A DNA stretch of 24,669 nucleotides from Pseudomonadota bacterium (GTDB lineage Bacteria > Pseudomonadota > Gammaproteobacteria > Methylococcales > Methylococcaceae), in NCBI GenBank assembly GCA_041178325.1, contig JBEGVN010000051.1, positions 1-24,669 on the forward strand, in the 5' to 3' direction. The position numbers and the translations under genes are program-made. Below the pieces are notes generated by a model. That model searched no databases. It saw only the letters and a program-made list of their open reading frames with translations, and was not told the origin of the DNA. Shown here in pieces: positions 7,406 through 14,010 of this stretch. Every line of letters begins with the position of its first letter. The stretch's first letter is position 1.

Positions 7406-8074
7406 ATGTCTTTTGTGTTTAAGGCTACGCTGGCATTTTTTATTATGCTGGGCGTTCCAACAGTGGCCCAATCCAGCACCTTTCAGGCTCTGGCCAATCT
7501 TCCCAGCAGCGCAACTGGCAGGACAGCGTTGGTGGGCGGTGAATATAAGGCGGTGATCTTTACCACGCCCAGTAATTACACTCAGGTGGAGACCATAAGG
7601 CTGGGGCTAATGAATAACACTTTTGGCTACACATCAAGTAGTTTTGTTCTCTTGACGCTTTTCTCAGTCGGAAATGATGGTAAGCCGGCAGGCGTTCTCG
7701 CAAGCACGTCTCAAACGCTGACGCTAACTGACTCCAATGACCTTTACACATTCGCCATACCAAATTGGACACTTTCTCCAAATACGAGCTATGCCATCGC
7801 GCTGAGCTCTGATAGCACGGGAGTTGCTTGGTGGAGAGATTCGGGATCGCCCACGGCGTACAATGATTTTTCATACGGTGGCTTCTACAGATCCTCTTCT
7901 GGCAGTTCTGGACCTTGGACTTTGCCTGCTTCAGCCGGTAATGCCCTTGAAATTCTTGTGTCTGACTACGTTCCAGTTCCGACTTTGGATGAAGTAGCAC
8001 GGTTCATTTTGGGTCTTTTTGTGCTTCTCATTCTTGCTTGGTGGCATCGAAGCAATGAGGAAGAACGGGTTTAG
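7406..8074 (+). CDS. Secreted protein with an IPTL-CTERM-like exosortase sorting tail.
   Basis: The signal peptide is MSFVFKATLAFFIMLGVPTVAQS. The C-terminus has VPTLDE (nt 7976-7993), then a hydrophobic helix (FILGLFVLLILAWW), then a charged tail (HRSNEEERV). This resembles the IPTLxxWG-CTERM architecture. The SD is weak, so the start is not certain. Confidence 0.6.
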   Translation: MSFVFKATLAFFIMLGVPTVAQSSTFQALANLPSSATGRTALVGGEYKAVIFTTPSNYTQVETIRLGLMNNTFGYTSSSFVLLTLFSVGNDGKPAGVLASTSQTLTLTDSNDLYTFAIPNWTLSPNTSYAIALSSDSTGVAWWRDSGSPTAYNDFSYGGFYRSSSGSSGPWTLPASAGNALEILVSDYVPVPTLDEVARFILGLFVLLILAWWHRSNEEERV

Positions 8075-8101
8075 TAAAAGGCAGACTACTTGGGATGATT
8101 G

Positions 8102-8329
8102 ATGAGCGTTGAGCAGCTACCCGATTTCACGCCCGATGCCCGAAAGCATTGGGAGTCCGTTCCTGCTGATGTCCGCCCGAAGTTGTTGGCTAATGTTTGG
8201 TGCGGAAAATGCCGAGATGCTGTGACGATTAAAAACTTCAGCGGAGCTATTAAAGGCGCTGATCTGCTTTTGGTCGGCAAGTGTTCGGTATGCCAAGGTG
8301 ACGTTGCTCGGGTGATCGAAGGCAGCTGA
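8102..8329 (+). CDS. Small zinc-ribbon-like protein (75 aa).
   Basis: Two CxxC pairs are present (CGKC ... CSVC). A strong terminator follows the gene. I prefer ATG 8102 to the TTG at 8099. Confidence 0.55.
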   Translation: MSVEQLPDFTPDARKHWESVPADVRPKLLANVWCGKCRDAVTIKNFSGAIKGADLLLVGKCSVCQGDVARVIEGS

Positions 8330-8357
8330 TTGGGTGACGATGCTGGTTTAACAAAAC

Positions 8358-8393
8358 GCAGGATTTTTCACAGCCATCAAAAATCCTGCTTTT
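8358..8393 (+). terminator. Rho-independent terminator.
   Basis: A perfect 11-bp stem pairs GCAGGATTTTT with AAAAATCCTGC, with a 10-nt loop. A TTTT run follows. Confidence 0.8.
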
Positions 8394-8643
8394 GCCTAAA
8401 CCCAATGCTGCTCTCAACGTAAAATCTTTTGACGTTTTGATGGCGCCGTAACAAGAGTCGACACCTTATATATAGCGGAAGGCGAGTGGAGCGCAGACGA
8501 CCTGAATTTTCAGCCCAACTTCCGTTTTCAGTGCTGTTGATTGCTTGGTTTTGAAAATATGGTTCGTTACACACTCTGTAGCACACCGACAAAAGTGATG
8601 CGTAACCATTTGAAAACAAAGTGGTGTGATCAGGGTGTATTTA

Positions 8644-8687
8644 CTCTGACTCCGTCAACCTAGGTTCGAATCCTAGTCCCCCAGCCA
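8644..8687 (+). pseudogene. Orphan 3' half of tRNA-Gln(CUG), from the anticodon loop to CCA; probable att site remnant.
   Basis: The sequence CTCTGAC-TCCGT-CAAC-CTAGG-TTCGAAT-CCTAG-TCCCCCA-G-CCA parallels the 3' part of E. coli tRNA-Gln as I recall it (...CTGATTCCGGCATTCCGAGGTTCGAATCCTCGTACCCCAGCCA). This includes the A72 partner of the U1-A72 pair and the G73 discriminator. Upstream there is no TGGGGGA acceptor strand and no ACGGA anticodon-stem strand. Confidence 0.7.
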
Positions 8688-8696
8688 AATCAAGAA

Positions 8697-8728
8697 GGCT
8701 CTGCGTGAAATCGCAGGGCTTTTTTTTT
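8697..8728 (+). terminator. Rho-independent terminator downstream of the tRNA fragment.
   Basis: A 9-bp stem (with two G-U pairs) pairs GGCTCTGCG with CGCAGGGCT, with loop TGAAAT. A run of 9 T follows. Confidence 0.8.
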
Positions 8729-8954
8729 GCCTGCCTTTTTGATGCGTCACCTTGATTAAGCAAATGAATATTTAAGGCGCTTTCCCATCACCAGACAGAA
8801 CTACGCTGCGTTATAGAATTTTTGTTGGATAAATCGCGAGGATAAAATTCCGTCCGGTCTACGTTTTCTCCAAAAACCCTCACACCAAGTTCTAATGCAC
8901 TATTTATGGGCAGTGGAGGGCTTTCGATTATGGTGAGACCGTTCAATCTGTAAA

Positions 8955-10136
8955 TCAGAGTGATTTCTTTATGTCTTTGATGGGAATGGTTTTTCCTCCA
9001 ATCTTGAGGTATTCGCAATATCGAATGGTCTTACTTCCATAAGTCGGACTAAATAGCTCCAGGAGTGTGAAATCACTTGATAATGCCACAAGTGAAAAAT
9101 CGTGAAGAGTGCCGGGAAGAATCACCGTATCAATCCCATTGTCGCCCCAGACTGTGTCGGAACCTGAGCCCGGTAAAATTCTGTCATTACCCCCAGCGCC
9201 ATGAATGACGTCATCGGTCTGGCCATTAGCATCGCCCGCAAGGGTATCGCTATGCTGCCCACCCCAGATAGGCATTTCAGGAACTTGAGCCTCGAGACTT
9301 CCCTTGCCCGACCAAGAAATTTGGTGGTAGGTGTTATCAGCGCTATCCCTGAAAATGCAATATTGGAAGGTGCCGTCACTCCCTACAGAGGGATAAATCG
9401 TGAGGTCCTTTTTCAGTTGCCGAGTCGACTTGTGCCAGCCATCCGGTAATACAGCGTCATTAAAAGCTTGCTGGACGCCGCTATCGGTTGATTGCCCAGA
9501 GGCATGCATGATGTATTCATTGTGCCACTGATCCGTGACGAAGTAGCGATTCAATGGAGTGGCGCCACGAGTCCCCGCTGGGACGCCATCTTGGTTCGCC
9601 CAAAACCGCATGTTCTGAGCCTTGTAGTTAACTGTTATTTTGACCGACCCTTTAGGTGGGGTTGTGACGAGGTTTCCTGCATAGTACGTATTGACTGCGG
9701 ATTGCCCCGAGTACTGCTTAGAGTCATAAGGCCACATGGCGTTGATCGCCATTGACATGGTGCCCCACGTATATCCATCGGTAGTCGTAATGTAGCTGGT
9801 ATCGCAGACGACTTGGCCCGGTGAAGCAATAAACTGGGACTCATTGAATTGGAGATTACGTGTCGTATTCCGCGAGTAGGGAGGTGGCGGCATATAGCCC
9901 GCATTCCAGACGGCTTCCGTCATCGGATTCGTTCCGCTACTTTTATAGGTCAGTATGGGGGCTTGAGGGTTGGTGCTGACAGTTGAGCCGTCTGTAATCT
10001 CGTAAGCCACATCGAGAGGAACAAAACCTTGTGTAAGGCATGAGATATGCGTGCCAGCCGAAACGCTCGTTGAAATGGAGCCGAGGAAAATGTGCTGAAG
10101 ACACTTTTGGTAGAAGCCCTTTCGATGCTGCGCCAT
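8955..10136 (-). CDS. RTX-type calcium-binding repeat protein with an uncharacterised ~300-aa N-terminal domain.
   Basis: C-terminal GGxGxD-type nonapeptides are present: GGAGNDRIL, GSGSDTVWG and DNGIDTVIL. A GGAGA SD sits 7 nt upstream of the ATG. There is no signal peptide, which is consistent with a T1SS-type substrate. Confidence 0.7.
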   Translation of the reverse strand: MAQHRKGFYQKCLQHIFLGSISTSVSAGTHISCLTQGFVPLDVAYEITDGSTVSTNPQAPILTYKSSGTNPMTEAVWNAGYMPPPPYSRNTTRNLQFNESQFIASPGQVVCDTSYITTTDGYTWGTMSMAINAMWPYDSKQYSGQSAVNTYYAGNLVTTPPKGSVKITVNYKAQNMRFWANQDGVPAGTRGATPLNRYFVTDQWHNEYIMHASGQSTDSGVQQAFNDAVLPDGWHKSTRQLKKDLTIYPSVGSDGTFQYCIFRDSADNTYHQISWSGKGSLEAQVPEMPIWGGQHSDTLAGDANGQTDDVIHGAGGNDRILPGSGSDTVWGDNGIDTVILPGTLHDFSLVALSSDFTLLELFSPTYGSKTIRYCEYLKIGGKTIPIKDIKKSL

Positions 10137-10903
10137 TTCCTTTTCTCCGAATTAATTTGAAGGTGAGAAACTACGCTCTTACGGGGGGCTTAACAAGTCT
10201 TCTATAACAATCTTGAGCTTAAAAACGGTAAGCCTTAAATCGAAAGTCGGATAATAGAAGGATGCTCGGGTTCAGTGGGAGCTCCCGAAATTAACCGAGG
10301 ACCATGCTACCCAGCACATCGAACATGATCTACCGCAGTCCCCTCAAAAGTAAGATAAATGTTTGACTCCTCTCTCCTGAAGAAGGAGAGTACTTTCCTG
10401 TTTGATCAGGCTGATGAAAAGAGCCCATCCCTGATCGAGATCGACTGGCTGAGCCCTTCTTCGGTATTCACGTTGGATCTGGGATTCTCGGATGTTCCCG
10501 GGATCTATTTCGTTATGTTCCTCACCTTAAAGCCATCGACGAGGATAGCTGCGCTATTTTTTGCTGAACAGCATCGAGTGCGTGTGAAGGAAATCCATGC
10601 GCTGATGGGCCATGTGTGAATTAATTCGAGGAACCCTCGCCTTCTGCTTCTTCCAGTGGATTGAGAGTAGATTATTGGGATTTCTCTGAACCGAAAAATC
10701 CGATTTCCGTCTTCTTGATCGCTAGGTGCAAGGGTGGTTCTCAGGGCTCCTTCAACCTGCGATCGCGCTCTCGCCCCGCAGCCAAATCGAATGTAAGCTC
10801 CTCGTTTTTGTGTGACATTGGGTCCGACGTGATTACAACATGCCGGAAACCCATTGGGCGAATGGGTCAGCTGTTCACTGCCATAGCACTTCGAGGATTA
10901 TGT

Positions 10904-11305
10904 ATGTTGCCAATTACAGCGGTTCTTGCATCACTTTTATCTGTCCTGCTTATATGGCTTTCGATACAAGTCATCAAGCGACGCAGGCAGTTAAAAGTAC
11001 TAATTGGTACAGGCGATAAGGAGGAGCTGGAGTGGGCAATTAGAGCCCAGGGTAACTTCTCAGAATATGTCCCCATTGCGTTGATTCTTTTTGCAATTGC
11101 TGAATTCAACAAGACCGACTGGAGATTACTGATTGTTTTTGCGGCGATTTTGGTTCATGGGAGGTTGTTGCATGCCTATGGTTTTCTCTATGCTCGGGAT
11201 CGTCTGGAGTTCCGGGTGAAAGGTATGAAGCTAACCTTTTTGGCCATTTTCATCCTTTCTATTTGGAACCTGGGGTTTGTTGGCTATCAAATGTTGGCCA
11301 ATTAG
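10904..11305 (+). CDS. MAPEG family membrane protein (YecN-like).
   Basis: RAQGNFSEYVPIALILF and GRLLHAYGF match the YecN segments RIHGNAVEYIPIAIVLM and GRLMHYYGF. I chose the internal ATG 10904, which gives 133 aa. The 81-aa upstream extension in the track looks non-coding. Confidence 0.8.
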   Translation: MLPITAVLASLLSVLLIWLSIQVIKRRRQLKVLIGTGDKEELEWAIRAQGNFSEYVPIALILFAIAEFNKTDWRLLIVFAAILVHGRLLHAYGFLYARDRLEFRVKGMKLTFLAIFILSIWNLGFVGYQMLAN

Positions 11306-11367
11306 TCTTACATTTCTCCAATTGCACTCGTGACTATGGGTGATTTGCAATAACTCAAGGAGTTTGA

Positions 11368-11880
11368 ATGATCTATTTCCGCCAACTTCCCTTGTTATTT
11401 GTGTTGATGCTATCTGTTACATTCGCCGTAGGTTTCAGCCAGACTGTTGCCGCGGCGGATGTGAAGCTCACCGTTTACAACAAGATTATGAGTTCAACAA
11501 ACATCAGTATGTCAGGTGCAGCGCAGCGCCAGATGGGGGACGGTTTTGCTGCTCATATGAACGTCTATCGCACGTCAGATGTAGGGCAGCTGCCAATTGC
11601 TACTGCTGACTTTTCATTGCTAATCACCGTTCCGGCGAGTGCATCGAATCCCATAGAGACGCGTCTATATCATGCCGTGTTTACTTTTAATCCAGATGAT
11701 TCGATCATTATCGATGGAATCAGTATTGCGGAAATGCCGGATAATTGGATGAACACATCTCCTTCAGCGCGAGCTGTTACGGGTGGCACAGGAAAATACA
11801 GGGGTGCAAAAGGAACGGCCATTTTTACCCGTATTGAGCAGAACCTTTTTAAAATGGATCTAAAATTCAAGACTAACTAG
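11368..11880 (+). CDS. Secreted hypothetical protein, possibly with a dirigent or allene-oxide-cyclase-barrel-like fold.
   Basis: The signal peptide ends at ...TVAAAD. The C-terminal TGGTGKYRGAKGTA motif is typical of AOC-barrel/dirigent-like domains. An AAGGAG SD is present upstream. Confidence 0.6.
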   Translation: MIYFRQLPLLFVLMLSVTFAVGFSQTVAAADVKLTVYNKIMSSTNISMSGAAQRQMGDGFAAHMNVYRTSDVGQLPIATADFSLLITVPASASNPIETRLYHAVFTFNPDDSIIIDGISIAEMPDNWMNTSPSARAVTGGTGKYRGAKGTAIFTRIEQNLFKMDLKFKTN

Positions 11881-11952
11881 AAAAAGAAAACAACCACGTG
11901 TTAGCGTGGGCGTTCCATCCAAGTGAGATAACTTCCTTTTGGAGTATTTAGA

Positions 11953-12327
11953 ATGAAAAGCGTTGTGGGAATAGCCGCCGCGGCGTGCGTTTGTCTTTTG
12001 ATTGGCTGTTCGGCCAACCCATTGATGTCCGGTGCTGAGAAGGTGCGAATTGTGACCAGCGACCCGCAGGGGTGTGAGTATCTTGGGGAAGCAACAGGAA
12101 ACCAGGGTAACTTTTTCACCGGTGGTTGGACCAGTAATGCAAACCTGGAGACAGGTGCCAGAAATGAACTGAAGAATGCTGCGCTCAAAATGGGGGGTAA
12201 CACAGTGCTCATTCTGACGTCGCGTGCCGGTGTAACTGGGAACTATAGTGTCTCCAATGGCTACGGAGGTGGAAGCAGTCAGGAGACTAACGTGACCTAT
12301 TCTGGAACTGTTTATCGCTGTAAATAG
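11953..12327 (+). CDS. Lipoprotein, DUF4156-like.
   Basis: The lipobox is LLIGC. The pattern CEYLGEATG...ARNELKNAALKMGGNTVLIL resembles DUF4156 lipoproteins, recalled from memory. Confidence 0.65.
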   Translation: MKSVVGIAAAACVCLLIGCSANPLMSGAEKVRIVTSDPQGCEYLGEATGNQGNFFTGGWTSNANLETGARNELKNAALKMGGNTVLILTSRAGVTGNYSVSNGYGGGSSQETNVTYSGTVYRCK

Positions 12328-12518
12328 AGAGTCTTGAATCTGTCGATTAGCGTACTGCTTTAAATCCCTGCCGCTTGTCCTTAGTGGCAGACGTTAAGGA
12401 GTGAAGAGCCTGCGTTGAAATGTTTCGCAATTAAATGAGAAGCCCGCCTGCTATTTTGCTCGGAGGTGGGCGAGCTCTTAGGTGCTTGTTAAATCTCGTT
12501 GTTTCAAGGGTTGATCAC

Positions 12519-13010
12519 ATGCGCCTCAGGCTTTTTTTCTTCGTGGTTCTTTTGGGCATCGGGACGACCATCGGCGGTTGGAACTCCCTTCAGAATGGTC
12601 TTCTGGAGCCTTGGTGCCAGTCTGCCGCCGCTATCAGCGAAGGGGTCATTCATCTTTTTGGGGGAGGCGCAGTCAGGGCGGGATCGGTGTTGCGTGATCC
12701 CCAAACACAAAAAGCCATCATGGTGTCTTGGGGCTGCTCGGGGGCTGATGCTACTTTCATCCTCTTTTCTGCAATTCTGATCTATCCCGCCTGCTGGTGG
12801 GCAAAAGTACAGGGATTGGTGGCTGGATTTCTGGCTGTTCAGGGAATGAATGTCGCTCGAATCATTACGCTCTTTCATCTAAATAGCTGGAACGAACAAC
12901 TTTTTAACTTTGCGCATTTGTATTTATGGCAAGGGCTGTTGATGTTAGACGTGCTTGTTTTCATGTTGGTCTGGCTCCGCTGGGAGAAGACGCGGTGTCA
13001 CGTCGCTTAA
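12519..13010 (+). CDS. Small exosortase-family protein, XrtH-like (163 aa).
   Basis: The catalytic-type motifs appear in order: WGCSGAD (Cys73, nt 12735-12737), NVARI (Arg) and FAHLYLWQG (His). The protein is polytopic and hydrophobic. I chose the internal ATG 12519. Confidence 0.7.
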   Translation: MRLRLFFFVVLLGIGTTIGGWNSLQNGLLEPWCQSAAAISEGVIHLFGGGAVRAGSVLRDPQTQKAIMVSWGCSGADATFILFSAILIYPACWWAKVQGLVAGFLAVQGMNVARIITLFHLNSWNEQLFNFAHLYLWQGLLMLDVLVFMLVWLRWEKTRCHVA

Positions 13011-13088
13011 GACTGTTCCCTCTTGGGCTGTTTTGTGCTCACCGCTTTGGGCTTTTGCCCCGGTGGCCATGGACTCTAGCTGAGTGAG

Positions 13089-13118
13089 AAAAAAGGCCAG
13101 CGATTTGCTGGCCTTTTT
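13089..13118. terminator. Bidirectional intrinsic terminator between convergent genes.
   Basis: The structure is AAAAAA-GGCCAGC-gattt-GCTGGCC-TTTTT. An A-run and a T-run flank the 7-bp GC-rich stem. Confidence 0.8.
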
Positions 13119-13145
13119 GTTTGAGACGGACGGCTAACCCGAAAA

Positions 13146-13388
13146 TCAGGTGGTGTCTTTTAGTATTTTGAAGAGTTCATCTTTGAGGGCCAGTCTCTTT
13201 TTTTTGAGTTCTTCGACGAAGTCGTCCGCGTGAACTTCAATTTCTGCTTCACAGCGACGCACTTGATGATCAAGTGCATCATATTCGTCGAAAAGATTTG
13301 CAAAGTGGCGGTTTGAGACCTTGAGTTCGTGGATACGATCCTTGAACTCAGGCAGTTCGTGAGCAAGATCGTGTTTTTCACCCAGCAT
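13146..13388 (-). CDS. YdcH/DUF465 family protein.
   Basis: It is an 80-aa protein. LPEFKDRIHELKVSNRHFANLFDEYDALDHQV ... KKKRLALKDELFKILK parallels E. coli YdcH. Confidence 0.8.
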   Translation of the reverse strand: MLGEKHDLAHELPEFKDRIHELKVSNRHFANLFDEYDALDHQVRRCEAEIEVHADDFVEELKKKRLALKDELFKILKDTT

Positions 13389-13654
13389 GTCAGTTTCCTT
13401 GATTTGAGATTCGATAGCGTACCGGCTGTGTTCAATGAAGCCACCCTTAGCGGAAGGTGCTCGAAATGACTTAACCGGCGATCAAATTATAGGGGGTGCT
13501 ATTCGCCATGATCTTGACCGATCTTAACAATGGGTGAATCAGACCTGAAGCACTAGGCGGAGCTTATGGCTGCCCGGTTCGATGCGCAATAAGCTAAATC
13601 CCCTTTGGCCAAAATGGTTGAAAAAAAAGGGAAGGGATTCATAATGCCTTGCAT

Positions 13655-13865
13655 ATCCAGGTGCCTGACCGTCGTTCGTCCGCGTCAGGTTAAACGGGAA
13701 GCTGGTGATGTTCCGTCCCAACGGAAAGAAGTCCAGCGCTGCCCCCGCAACGGTAGGTGAGTTAAAGCGCATCAAAATGCCACTGTGTCTGTGACATGGG
13801 AAGGCGGTGCGTTTGGCCACTCTTAATTAAGAGAGGGCTGCTCACAAGTCCGGAGACCGGCCTCG
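13655..13865 (+). promoter_or_regulatory. Cobalamin (B12) riboswitch upstream of the TonB-dependent receptor.
   Basis: The conserved blocks appear in order: AAACGGGAAGCTGGTGA, GCTGCCCCCGCAACGGTA (13738-13755), GCCACTG (13779-13785), GGGAAGGC (13798-13805), and the B12 box AGTCCGGAGACCGGCC (13847-13862). The boundaries are approximate. Confidence 0.8.
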
Positions 13866-14010
13866 ATATTGTCAGCCGTCGCGGTGGGCGATGGGTAGGC
13901 TGTTGCCCCCATGTCCTTCTCGGAATCAGGTTTCAGGCTATCCATTTTCATTGCACGGTTTTTGCCACTGCTGCGAGCGGGTGTTGCCGCGGCTTGACCA
14001 GAATCTGAGA

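Larger units (their letters stand above)
1..8687. mobile_element. Right-hand part of an integrated genomic island; the left end lies outside the window. The proposed attR is the orphan tRNA-Gln 3' half at 8644-8687.
   Basis: An orphan tRNA 3' half followed by a native-looking terminator sits at the right edge. The interior holds a tyrosine recombinase, a recombinase remnant, ORFan cargo and an AT-rich foreign-looking FG-GAP gene. No second copy of the tRNA segment is in the window, so the left boundary is unknown. Confidence 0.5.

Noticed and set aside
8335-8687. Possible tmRNA (ssrA). A tRNA-like 3' end with CCA lies about 350 nt downstream of a GGGTGACGATGCTGGTTT stretch that loosely resembles a tmRNA 5' end.
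   Set aside because: - The acceptor strands do not pair cleanly (TGGGTGA against TCCCCCA).
- Position 70 is C, so there is no G3-U70 alanine identity pair.
- The discriminator is G rather than A.
- No tag reading frame ending in a hydrophobic AA-stop is present.
- The 5' part is better explained as the terminator of the 8102-8329 gene.
- The 3' part matches tRNA-Gln instead.
12372-12385. 14-nt inverted match (CGCTTGTCCTTAGT) to 2957-2970, the left recombinase-remnant repeat.
   Set aside because: About two such 14-mer inverted matches are expected by chance in this window. The match has no flanking similarity and no coding parallel.
13539-14010. ORF 13539-13820(-), ORF 13796-14008(+) and the first 40 codons of ORF 13891-15957.
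   Set aside because: They lie over the cobalamin riboswitch and its expression platform. A textbook signal peptide starts at ATG 14011.
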